Source: Octopus sinensis
Taxonomy: Eukaryota
NCBI RefSeq assembly: GCF_006345805.1
Contig: NC_043025.1
Location: forward strand, 7,936,001-8,000,000
Direction of reading: 5' to 3'
DNA: 64,000 nt
Part shown: positions 52,481-64,000 of the stretch, in pieces
Numbering within the stretch: the first letter of the stretch is position 1
Layout of the letters: the number at the start of each line of letters is the position of its first letter
Translations under genes and position numbers: made by a program
Notes under the pieces: generated by a model
Databases searched by the model: none
Told to the model about the DNA's origin: nothing
What the model saw: only the letters and a program-made list of their open reading frames with translations

Positions 52481-52525
52481 GGCCAGAGTTCTTTCGTCAC
52501 ACTCCTGTGACCGCATCAGTGGTCC
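52481..52525 (-). ncRNA. Degenerate hammerhead-like motif H7
   Basis: GGACCA-CUGAUGC-G-GUCAC-AGGAGU-GUGAC-GAAA-GAAC-UC-UGGCC. A9 is replaced by C. Confidence 0.4.
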
Positions 52526-53033
52526 TTTGTTTTCTTCTTTCTTATTTGTGTCTCTCCTTACTAACCGTCAGTCATTTTGTATTTCTATTGTATGTCTTCT
52601 TTTGTGCATGCGTATTTCTCTATGTTCGCCTATTTTATTTAGTGTGTGTGTGGGGGGGATGCCTGTAATATTTGTATCTTCTGTTTATATATGTTCATGT
52701 AATTTGTATTTTGTTTTTGTTGTTTTTGTTTATTCTTATTTTGTTCATGTGTTTACATCCACCCATTATTATCATTACATATGCTTGTATGTATGTATGT
52801 ATAACAACAATACTAGTAATAATAATAATAAATCGATTCGAAAAAAAAAATATATATATATAGGCGCAGGAGTGGCTGTGTGGTAAGTAGCTTGCTAACC
52901 AACCACATGGTTCTGGGTTCAGTCCCACTGCGTGGCATCTTGGTCAAGTGTCTTCTGCTATAGCCCCGGGCCAACCAATGCCTTGTGAGTGGATTTGGTA
53001 GACGGAAACTGAAAGAAGCCTGTCGTATATATG

Positions 53034-53081
<48 letters not shown>

Positions 53082-53293
53082 GTGTGGTGTGTGTGTGTTT
53101 GTCCCCCTAGCATTTCTTGACAACCGATGCTGGTGTGTTTACGTCCCCGTAACTTAGCGGTTCGGCAAAAGAGACCGATAGAATAAGTACTGGGCTTCCA
53201 AAGAATAAGTCCCGGGGTCGAGTTGCTCGATTAAAGGCGGTGCTCCAGCATGGCCGCAATCAAATGACTGAACAAGTAAAAGAGTAAAGAGTC

Positions 53294-53327
<34 letters not shown>

Positions 53328-53535
53328 TATATATATATATATAGAAGGCCACAGCTCGTGAGCTGAAACTAATCAATCAATCAATCATAGTTATTTATTT
53401 CTATTAGTTTATTTATCTGTGTATTTATTATGTTTTCAGGATCCTCTATCGTCATAATGTTGTGTGTGTGTTAGTGCTCCGTTCTAGTTTTCTATTCAGG
53501 CTAGTTTATTTTCTATTATGTGTGTAGCTTCTGTA

Positions 53536-53674
53536 ATTTGTCTAATTGTTGCATCTGATCTATGTGTGGATAATATTTTAATTTCTATGTTATTGATTGA
53601 TCCCCCGTGCTAATCAATAACATAGAAATTAAAATATTGTCCACACATAGAACAGATGCAATAATTAGGCAAAT
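53536..53674. repeat. Inverted repeat, 63-bp arms, 13-nt spacer, 4 mismatches
   Basis: Arms 53536-53598 and 53612-53674. Confidence 0.9.
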
Positions 53675-53726
53675 ATATATACATATATATATATATACAT
53701 ATATTATATACATATATTATATATAC

Positions 53727-53800
<74 letters not shown>

Positions 53801-55013
53801 TACATATATATATGTACGCACACACACACACATATACGCACATACATATATACCCACACACATGCACACACCACACACCATACGCACATGCATGCATGCA
53901 TGCATGCACACGCGCCACCTACACGCATACAACACACACGCACGTACACATACATACATACACACACGCATACATACACCCATACACATACATGCATCCT
54001 ACATACACATACATACACACCCAACATACATACACACACACACACTCACTCACACACCTGTATGTACGCGCACACACATGCACATACACACACTTCCCCA
54101 CACCCACACGTACATACATACACACTCACACACATACACACACACACACACACACACGGACATACATCTATGCACACACATACATACACACATACTCACA
54201 TACATTCATCGGACACACTGCCACCCCGACATACACACAGACACACTCACACATCACACACATACATACTTACGCACATACTCGCAGGCTCGCGCACGCA
54301 CGCGCTTGCGCCGGTTCGCGTACGCATACGCTCCGCAGGCACCTCGCTCTTGGAACCGACAGGACCTCCCGCCCGTTCCTGGGACCGTCGCGTGTCGTTG
54401 GGTTTTCCCGCCCGCCTCCGCGGACCACTCTTCCATCTTCCCCTCAGCTGGAGTCCTTTTTTCCTTAACCCCCCCCCTTTTTCGTTACACACACGCGCAC
54501 ACATATACACACATTGCTTAAATATATACATTACTCTTACACACATTCAATCTACTCGCCATTTATACCACCACGACACTGGACACCACACACACACTAC
54601 TCAAACACGCTGGCACGCTACATACGCCCCCACCCCTTCCCCTCCCTCCCTTCCTCCTTCCTTCTTTTTCTTACTACTGACCTTTGTCTGCTAAGCTGAC
54701 CACTGTCTCGCCCTACCTCACACGCCTACACACAGACGCACACACTAACACACACATATATATTTTTTTTGTTTTTTCATCTCGCCTTACACACACACAT
54801 ACACACACGCACACGCACACACTCACACATACACACCATCTGTTGCGTTACCAACCTTGTCTCCACTCTTTTGCCTTTAAAAACCCACTTGCTCTGTTTT
54901 CGTAAACATCCGCCTTTCACCATGTGCAACTCGTAAACACCAGTCGTCTTTTTTTTCTCTTTCCCTGTTGCCCGCTCTTGGATCTTTCTTCCTCTCTCTT
55001 CCTTCTTTATTTT

Positions 55014-55040
55014 CCGACGAAGAGCTCCGCTCGAAACGTC
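55014..55040 (+). ncRNA. Degenerate hammerhead-like motif H8 (related to H3)
   Basis: CCGACGA-A-GAGC-UCC-GCUC-GAAA-CG-UC. U4 is replaced by C and stem I is weak. Confidence 0.3.
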
Positions 55041-55130
55041 ATACCTCCCTGCTTCCTTTTCCTGAGCGCCTATTAATAATAATACTGTAATTGTTCCATT
55101 GTTGTTGTTTTTTTGTTTCCCGTTTGGATT

Positions 55131-55178
<48 letters not shown>

Positions 55179-55481
55179 ATATATATATATATAATATATA
55201 TATATGTATATACATATATATGTATATCATCATCATCATCATTTAGCGTCCGTTTTCCATGCTAGCATGGGTTGGACGGTTCAACTGGGGTCTGTGAAGC
55301 CGGAAGGCTTCATCAGCCCATTCAGATCTGGCAGTGTTTCTACGGCTGGATGCCCTTCCTAACGCCAACCACTCCATGAGTGTAGTGGGTGCTTTTTACG
55401 CGGGTGCTTTTTCACACACACGTATATTATATATTATATAATAGATATATATATATATAATATATATATATATATTAATAT

Positions 55482-55526
<45 letters not shown>

Positions 55527-55828
55527 GTATATACATATATATGTATATATAATATATATGTATATACATATATATGTATATATGTATGTTATATATGTAT
55601 ATACTTATATATGTATATATATGTATACATATATGTATATACTTATATATTATATATATGTATATATATATATAATATATATACATATACATATATATAT
55701 ATATAGGTATATATATATATATATAATATCTAATATATAAGTAGATATATAAGTATATATATCTAATATATAAGTATATACATATATAAGTATATTCATA
55801 TATACTATATATACATATATGTATATAC

Positions 55829-55861
<33 letters not shown>

Positions 55862-55905
55862 CATATATATACATATATATGTATATACGTATGTATATAT
55901 ATATA

Positions 55906-55945
<40 letters not shown>

Positions 55946-56041
55946 TATATAATATGTATAAGAGTGAAAAGGAACACACGAGTTGATATATATGAAAAAA
56001 CAAGTCAAAAATAGAAAATGCTAAAATAATTTATAGTGAAC

Positions 56042-56087
56042 ATTTCAGTACCGGTTTCGGTCATTTTGAGACCTTTTCAACTGTAAC
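56042..56087 (-). ncRNA. Minimal hammerhead H9 with U3-A8 core
   Basis: CAG-UUGAAAA-GGUC-UCAAAAU-GACC-GAAA-CCGG-UA-CUG. Palindromic stem III ACCGGU. Confidence 0.6.
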
Positions 56088-56190
56088 GATTAATAATTAA
56101 ATTTAGAAAATTAAAAGAAAAGTTTTTTAAAGGAATATTTGTATAGTGTTCAAATATAAGTGGCATTCTGCCTTTCTCTGTCTCCCTTGT

Positions 56191-56232
<42 letters not shown>

Positions 56233-56519
56233 CATATATATACACATATATACGACCGGCTTCTTTCCGTTTCCGTCTACCAAATCCACTCACAAGGCTT
56301 TGGTCAGCCCAAGGCTATAGTAGAAGACACTTGCCCAAGGTGCCACACAGTGGGACTGATCCCAGAACCATGTGGTTGGTAAACAAGCTACTTACCACAC
56401 AGCCACTCCTGTGCCTATAAGTTATATAAGATTTATTTATAATTTACTCATGTGAACCTTTATTTCTCCTTTGAATATGTTTTATAGAAAATATATTTTC
56501 ACATTTTTGTCTATTCCAG

Positions 56520-56844
56520 ACACAATGTTATTCCAATTGTAATGGGTGCCCATCCAGATGATTACCGCAGAGTAGCACCTGAGAATTCATACATCCACTA
56601 CGAGGATTTCCAGTCAGCGAAAGAATTAGCAGCTTACCTGCATAAACTTGATAAAAATGATACTCTTTATAATGAGTATTTCAAATGGAAAGGAACAGGA
56701 AAATTTTACCATGTCGACCCTTGGTGTAATGTTTGTTCGATGTTGCACCATGCTTTAGACGATAAGAAACAAATCTGGTATGAAGACTTTGGTGCTTGGT
56801 ATGCAGGGAAAGGCGTGTGTATTGGAATGGACCGGTGGACATAA
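56520..56844 (+). CDS. Alpha-1,3-fucosyltransferase (GT10), coding exon 2
   Basis: Acceptor ttccAG at 56518-56519. The spliced CA+A restores Gln and the frame continues HNVIPIVMGAHPDDY...SYIHYEDF...ELAAYLHKLDKNDTLYNEYFKW...WCNVCSMLH to TAA at 56842-56844. Total CDS 1251 nt = 416 aa. Confidence 0.93.
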
Positions 56845-57429
56845 GACATTGAGGATCTTTTCCGTTTCCACGAAACTAAACACTTTTAAACTTCGTATAC
56901 TGGTAGAATGTGTTCATAAAACATCTTTTTCTCTTGGCTTTATTGAGAAAATTCTATAGTTTGTAACATATTTGTTGTTCTTTTTCTTCAATTTCAACCA
57001 ATCAATGATGTCTATTGAGGTAAAAAGCATTCTGTGCCGTATGAATATGTAACTCGTTTAAGAAACAGATTGGGTTTATTTACATTTGTGAAGAAAAAAA
57101 GATACCCTTCCCCCACCCCTAACCCTAACCCTAAAACAGATTAAAATGCAATAGATCGATACTAGGGTCATAATTATGGGTGACAATTTCACATGACACG
57201 GCTAGAAAAAGCTGCCGTTCAAACCAAAAAGATCCATAAAGGGGGTGGGGACTACAGAAAAAGAGAAAACTGCAAAAGTCAGTCTGGGACAGGTGAAAAT
57301 GAGAAAGGCCAGAGGCCTACGGATTGTCAGGTAACAATTTACTTCAAGTGATGGAAGGTAATATGACATGCAACAAACCATTGATGCTCATTTGTAACGT
57401 CTGTATGTTTGAAAAATATAATTTTCCTA

Positions 57430-57515
57430 AATAAAATACCCTCTATATTTAAGGCCCCGACAAAGCTATATACATACATGTGTGTGTATGGGTTCTCATT
57501 TGTAAAATGAATAAA
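57430..57515 (+). promoter_or_regulatory. Candidate polyadenylation signals (AATAAA at 57430 and 57510)
   Basis: Hexamers downstream of the stop codon. The region is AT-rich, so chance occurrence is plausible. Confidence 0.25.
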
Positions 57516-57634
57516 TAATCTAACAGAAATTTTAATATTTCTATCTTTGAAAACCAGTGGATGTATTCCACTGAAATTAGGTAAATAATCCTTCGAACAG
57601 ACGGTTAGTAGCGACGCCTGCTGGGTCTGGCTAC

Positions 57635-57677
57635 TCTGCATTGATAAAGGGCAAATACCCTGAAACATGTCTGCAGA
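57635..57677 (+). ncRNA. Minimal hammerhead H10 with U3-A8 core and extended stem I (57590-57722)
   Basis: UCUGCA-UUGAUAA-AGGG-CAAAUA-CCCU-GAAA-CAUG-UC-UGCAGA. Perfect 6-bp stem I, 4-bp stem II, palindromic ACAUGU stem III and GUC site. Confidence 0.72.
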
Positions 57678-58373
57678 TGTCTGACCAGCAAGGGGAAGCG
57701 ACTGACTTCCCCTGTTCGGAGGTTATAATGCACACAGGTTCGTGTGTCATATAGCAAGCTAGAGGCGATGGCCTCTTGGAGCTAATCAACAGCAGCTTTA
57801 GTCTTATATTTATGGACTACCATATTAGCTTGGCGATAACTATTAATAATCTAACATTATAATATCCCTAAATTGTTTCTTCATTTTCATCATCATCATC
57901 ATCATCGTTTAGCGTCCGTTTTCCATGCTGGCATGGGTTGGACGGTGCAACAGGGGTCTGGGAAGCCAGAAGGCTGCACCAGGCCCAGTCAGATCTGGCA
58001 ATGTTTCTATGGCTGGATGCCCTTCCTAACGCCAACCACTCCATGAGTGTAGTGGGTGCTTTTTACGTGCCAGACTGGGATGGCAAACGGCCACGATCGG
58101 ATGGTGCTTTTTACGTGCCACCGGCACGGAGGCCAGGCAAGGCTGGCAACGGACACGATCGGATGGTGCTTTTTACATGCCACCGGCACGGAAGCCAGTC
58201 GGGGGTAAGTAGCTTGCTTACCAACCACATGGTTCCAGGTTCAGTCACACTGCGTGGCACCTTGGGCAAGTGTATTCTACTATAGCCTCGGGCCGACCAA
58301 AGCCTTGTGAATGGATTTGGTAGACGGAAACTGAAAGAAGCCTGTCGTATATATGTATATATATGTATATATT

Positions 58374-58414
<41 letters not shown>

Positions 58415-58484
58415 GTATGTATAACAGCTGGCCGCATATCATCAAGTGACAGCTAAATTGTAATATTTTATGTATAAAATATTA

Positions 58485-58887
58485 CGCAGGAGTGGCTGTG
58501 TGGTAAGTAGCTTGTTTACCAACCACATGGTTCCGGGTTCAGTCCCACTGCGTGGCACCTTGGTCAAGTGTATTCTACTATAGCCTCGGGCCGACCAAAG
58601 CCTTGTGAGTGGATTTGGTAGACGGAAACTGAAAGAAGCCGGTTGTATATATATATATATGTATGCGTGTGTGTTTGTGTTTCTGTGTTTGACCCCCTAG
58701 CATTGCTTGACAACCGATGCTGGCGTGTTTATGTCCCCGTTATACTTAGCGGTTTGGCAAAAGAGACTGATAGAATAAGTACTGGGCTTACAAAAGAATA
58801 AGTCCCTGGATTGATTTGCTTGACTAAAGGCGGTGCTCCAGCATGGCCGCAGTCAAATGACTGAAACAAGTAAAAGAGTAAAGAGTA
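58485..58887 (+). mobile_element. tRNA-derived SINE family B (CORE-like CCTTGGGCAAGT). Others: 9995-10345, 10396-10655, 24508-24935, 26960-27087, 28112-28497, 28704-29109, 33025-33430, 36950-37110, 52862-53290, 56233-56410, 58205-58350
   Basis: TGGCTGTGTGG / GGTTCAGTCC boxes, internal (TA)n(TG)n and a GAGTAAAA tail; more than 12 copies. Confidence 0.85.
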
Positions 58888-59614
58888 TGCTTTTCCATCC
58901 TATGATTACCCTATGTATCAGATAGTTTTATATAAATGAATTATAAATAAATAAGTAAAAAACATTTATAATTACTAATTAATAATTATAAATTATCATA
59001 TAAGGATAAAAATTAGCATTTTCTTAAATCTATAATAAAACCCATAATTTCATAAAAGTTTTGTTAATAATATAATTTTTGTCCAATAACTTGATCTTTA
59101 CTTCACCCGACATTAAACACGAGTCATTGATAGATATTCTCATGATAAGTAAATATAAATTTTGGTCTAAAAATTATAGAATTATAAAAAAATTTCGGAT
59201 CTCTTCGGTTTGAACGGCAGTTTTTTCTAGCGGTGTCATATGAAATTGTCACCCATAATTATGACCCTAGTATCGATCTGTTGCATTTCAATCTGTTTTA
59301 GGGTTAGGGTTAGGGGTGGGGAAAGGGTATCTTTTTTTCTTCACAAATATAAATAAACCCAATCTGTTTCTTAAACGAGTTACATATTCATACGACACAG
59401 AATGTTTTTTACCTCAATAGATGTCAGTGATTGGTTAAAATTGCAGAAATTGAAGAAAAAAAACCAACAAATATCTTATAAACTATAGAATTTTCTCAAT
59501 AAAGCCAAGAGAAAAAGATGTTTTATAAACACACTCTACCAGTATACGAAGTTTAAAAGTGTTTAGTTACATGGAAATTATTTTTAAAAACTGCCGGTCA
59601 AACCGAAAAGATCC

Positions 59615-60273
59615 GAAAAAACCCACAAATATCTTACAAACTATAGAATTATCTCAATAAAGCCAAGAGAAAAAGAAGTTTTATAAACACATTCTACCAG
59701 TATACGAAGTTTAAAAGTGTTTAGTTACGTGGACATTATTTTAAAAAACTGCCGTTCAAACCGAAAAGATCCCTGTTTCTTAAACGAGGGACATATTCAT
59801 ACGGCACAGAATGTTTTCACCTCAATAGACGTCATTGATTGGTTGAAATTGCAGAAATTGAAGAAAAAAAAAACAACAAATATCTTACAAACCATAGAAT
59901 TTTCTCAATAAAGCCAAGAGAAAAAGATGTTTCATAAACACATTCTACCAGTATACGAAGTTTAAAAGTGTTTAGTTACGTGGAAATTATTTTTAAAAAC
60001 TGCCGGTCAAACCGAAAAGATCCCTGTTTCTTAAACGAGGGACATATTCATACGGCACAGAATGTTTTCACCTCAATAAACGTCATTGATTGGTTAAAAT
60101 TGCAGAAATTGAAGAAAAAAAAACAACAAATATCTTACAAACTATAGAATTTTCTCAATAAAGCCAAGAGAAAAAGATGTTTTATAAACACATTCTACCA
60201 GTATACGAAGTTTAAAAGTGTTTAGTAACGTGGAAATTATTTTAAAAAACTGCCAGTCAAACCGAAAAGATCC
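59615..60273 (+). repeat. Second tandem array of the same 251-bp MITE arm (one partial plus two full units after a complete MITE)
   Basis: Units end in GATCC at 59772, 60023 and 60273. Confidence 0.88.
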
Positions 60274-60900
60274 TTATTTTTATAATTTGTATGTATCTAT
60301 TTTATTATAAATGCAAAACAACTCTCCCAGATGTAAGCTGAATAAAGCACGGTAGATGAACCGTGATATGGCGAGGGGTTACTGTATATATATTAATACA
60401 GAGAGAGAGAATGTGGGGAAAAAACGAAGTATGGTGTGAAAACTAGAATGAGAGGAGAAATAAGATTAAGAAAACGAAGCCCCTTGTTCCTCCCTGATTA
60501 CAGAAAGCTCGTTAAATAGAATTGTTTAAGAATGAAATAACAAGAAAATACATCAAGGTGTGCAAGTCAGCAACTAAATGTGGAGCAGGTGGTGACCTAC
60601 AATTCGATAAAAGAAACCCGGTTGTGTGTCTACACCAGCTAAAAATTACAGATCTCGAATTGCTGGATTGAAATTCGGGGGGAGGGGGGCATATTTATTA
60701 CAATTGTTTATTGGTGAAGTTATGAAGCGTTGGGGGTGACTTTGGGGGTCAACGTAATCAGTAAGAGGAAGGGAAAAATGTGAAGAATAGAAAGGAAGTA
60801 GTGGTCGAGAAGGGAAGAATATATGTGATTTCACACTGTGTGTAAGGATCCTGGCTGGCTTACTCATGCATTACACACTACAACACCCAGGTAACTTTAA

Positions 60901-61849
60901 CCCTTTTGTTACCAACCTGGCTGAAACCACCTCTGGCTCTGTAGTACAAATGTCTTGTTTTCATAAGTTTTTAATTAAAATCTTCCTCCAAATCTTAGTC
61001 ACAATTTATGTTCCTAATACTAGCTGAATGATAACTAAGTTATTTTACTAAATTCTTTGTTATATTTAAAATTAATTGAAAGAAACACAGAGCATCTCAA
61101 CAGAAATATGGCAACAAAAGGGTTAAAGTCACCAAGATATTTTTAACACTTTTGATACTAACCCGGCTGAAACTGGCTCTGGCTTTGTTGTAAAAATGTC
61201 TTTCATAAGTCCTGAATTAAAATCTTCCACTAAACCTTAGTCACAGTTTATGTTCCTAACACTAGCTTAATGATAACTAAGTTATTTTACTAACCTCTTT
61301 GTTATATTTAAAGTATTTGAAAGAAACACAGAACATCTCCACAGAAATACGGTAACAAAAGGGTTAAAGTCACCAAGATATTTTTAACACTTTTGATACT
61401 AACCCGGCTGAAACTGGCTCTGGCTTTGTTGTAAAAATGTCTTTCATAAGTCCTGAATTAAAATCTTCCACTAAACCTTAGTCACAATTTATGTTCCTAA
61501 CACTAACTTAATGATTACTAAGTTATTTTACTAACCTCTTTGTTATATTTAAAATTAATTGAAAGAAACACAGAACATCTCAACAGAAATATGGTAACAA
61601 AAGGGTTAAAGTCACCATGATATTTTTAACCCTTTTGTTACCAACCCGGTTGAAACTGGCTCTGGCTCTGTAGTACAAATGTCATGTTTTCATAAGTTCT
61701 GAATTAAAATCTTCCACCAAACCTTAGTCACAATTTACGTTCCTAACACTAGCTTAAGGATAACTAAGTTATTTTACTAAATTATTTGTTATATTAAAAT
61801 TAATTGAAAGAAATACAAAGCATCTCAAAATAAATATGTAACGAAAGGG
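60901..61849 (+). mobile_element. Four tandem piggyBac-like MITEs (~220 bp); diverged solo copy near 41105-41340
   Basis: TTAA|CCCTTTTGTTACC...GGTAACAAAAGGG|TTAA termini (left end degenerate in copies 2 and 3). Copies at 60901, 61147, 61388 and 61630. Confidence 0.8.
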
Positions 61850-62019
61850 TTAAACAGTCACACACATTCATAATGCAAAATACACACCCACATACATACA
61901 TTACAATATACACACACACACACAGGTATTTAGATAAACCAGTACACACACACACACACACACATAAGCACGACAGTATAATTACACACGGAGACATTTA
62001 AACTAAAGCTACACACATA

Positions 62020-62730
62020 TACATCATCATCATCATCATCATCATCATCGTTTAATGTCCGTTTTCCGCGCTAGCACGGGTTGGACGGTTCGACCGGAGT
62101 CTGGGAAGCCAGGGGCTGCACCAGGCTCCAGTCTGATCTGGCAGTGTTTCTACAGCTGGATGCCCTTCCTAACACCAACCACTCCGCGAGTGTAGTGGGT
62201 GCTTTTTACGTGCCACCTGCACAGGTGCCAGGGGGGGTCTGGCATCAGCCACGATCGGTTAGTGCTTTTAACGTGCCACCGGGACGGAAGCCAGCCAAGG
62301 CGGCGCTGGCATCGGCCACATTCGGATGGTGCTTTTTATGTTCCACCAGCACAGAAGCCAGTCAAAACGGCACTGGCATCGGCCACATTCGGATGGTGCT
62401 TTTTATGTTCCACCGGCACAGAAGCCAGTCGAGGCGGTGCTGGCAACGGCCATGTTCGGATGGTGCTTTTTATGTGCCACCGGCACAGGTATCACAACTA
62501 CTATTTCCATTGATATTTGTTTCGATGTTCATGTACATGCACTTGACTCAACAGGTCTCCTCAAGCACAGCGAGATGTTCCAGGATCCAAGGTACTTTGA
62601 ATGGGCAGGGGCTATGCGGAACTGGTGCCGGAAGCATCCCGGGTCTTTGTAGTCACAGCACATCTCCAGAGATCTCGGTCCTTCGCCTATGTTCGTATCA
62701 AATTGGCGATCAAATTGACACTCCCATATC
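62020..62730 (-). mobile_element. RTE-clade LINE 3' end: ORF C-terminus plus 3' UTR with ~60-bp repeats and (GAT)n tail
   Basis: AKDRDLWRCAV at 62686-62654, then the repeat block and the GGAAGGGCATCCAGCTGTAGAAAC...GACATTAAACGATGATG tail (GACGTTAAACG in other copies). Confidence 0.7.
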
Positions 62731-64000
62731 ACTAAACTTCTTCCTGGTATAGGAAAACTTGAGGTTGCAATTGAAATCCAATAAGAGCCTCAGGTAAATA
62801 TTACTGTAATAATTGTTTTAATTAGTAATTTACAAACACGTTTACATTGTAATAATTCTTTTATTAGACCTAATTAAGGTGGTGAGCTGGCAGAAACGTT
62901 AGCACGCCGGGCGAAATGCTTAACAGTATTTCATCTGCCATTACGTTCTGAGTTCAAATTCCGCCGAGGTCGACTTTGCCTTTCATCCTTTCGGGGTCGA
63001 TAAATTAAGTACCAGTTACGCACTGAGGTCGATGTAATCAACTTAATCCGTTTGTCTATCCTTGTTTGTCCTCTCTGTGTTTAGCCCCTTGTGGGTAGTA
63101 AAGAAATAGGTATTTCATCTGTCTTTATGTTCTGAGTTCAAATTCCGCCGAGGTCGACTTTGCCCTCTGTAGGAGCTATTGCCAAAGTCTGCATGGAGTG
63201 AAGCTTTTAAGTTACTTATTAATAAGTTTAGTGAAAGGGTGAGAATGGCCCTGCCTACGAGCCATTGGTTTACCAGGGTCTCCGAGAGAGTTGGGTAGCA
63301 GGAAGTGTCTTTGAAATAGGAAAACTAACATGAATGCATACAACAGAGAAATTGTCTGCTAAAATGAGCCCAAGGGCCCAGGGGTGGTGCTAAGATAGGT
63401 GATATAGTAAGTCTGTCACTCAGGTAGGCCATGGTAGGATTTGAACATAAAGCCAGATGAATACCTCAAGGCCAACACCTTAGACTTGTACTTTATTTAT
63501 TGAAGGAGAAAAAGCAAATTGACCTCACCAGGATTTGAACCCTGAATTTATAGAGCCAGATTAGCTGATGAACAGATTATACATTCCATTATTTAGGGTT
63601 AGATTATAACCAATCAGACTGCAATTAGCAAAGTAATGTAGCTAATTGGGAGACACAATGTAACGACTGTCGTTAAGTTTATTAGCATCATAGAGAACAT
63701 TCAATTATAAATAATCATCATCATCATCATCATCATCATCGTTTAGCGTCCGCTTTCCATGCTGGCATGGGTTGGATGGTTCGACTGGGGTCTGGGAAGC
63801 CAGGAGGCTGCACCAGGCTCCGGTCTGATCTGGCAGTGTTTATACAGTTGGATGCCCTTCCTAACGCCAACCACTCTGTGAGTGTAGTGGGTGCTTTTTA
63901 CGTACCACCGACACGGAAGCCAGTCAAGGTGGCGCTGGCAACGGCCACGTACGGATGGTGCTTTTTAGGTGCCAAGGGAGGCTGGCAATGGTCACGACCG

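Larger units (their letters stand above)
49212..56519 (+). other. 7308-bp GT-AG intron of the fucosyltransferase
   Basis: GTAAGT donor and pyrimidine-rich CAG acceptor; the phase match joins the two halves of the GT10 domain. Confidence 0.9.

Noticed and set aside
54285-54430. CpG-rich intronic island as an internal promoter
   Set aside because: About 150 bp embedded in (CA)n; more likely degenerate repeat or consensus noise, and there is no supporting feature.

Overview
Eukaryotic, AT-rich, extremely repeat-dense animal genomic DNA. The microsatellite load, SINE families and gene style fit an octopus/coleoid cephalopod best; this is inference, not a database result. There is one 100-N assembly gap (22311-22410). 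The only credible host gene is a two-coding-exon GT10 alpha-1,3-fucosyltransferase (48286-49211 joined to 56520-56844, 416 aa, 7.3-kb GT-AG intron). The rest is transposon debris: a broken RepHel Helitron, small non-autonomous Helitrons, three R4/Dong-like retrotransposon 3' ends embedded in (TAA)n, Tx1/L1, CR1, RTE and mariner fragments, four tRNA-derived SINE families, two MITE families, several TE-derived satellites and kilobase-scale microsatellites. Most ORFs in the supplied track are microsatellite read-through and not genes. The main unexpected signal is about ten distinct hammerhead-ribozyme-like loci, mostly in short (TA)n-bounded cassettes, which I infer to be Penelope-like terminal repeats. 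Two copies 51 kb apart show compensatory stem-II changes. Two unrelated motifs carry the U3-A8 core swap. Two loci are inverted pairs and one is a tandem triple. Four motifs lie in the fucosyltransferase intron and one structured motif lies about 0.8 kb after its stop codon. All folds were made by eye and ribozyme activity is untested.
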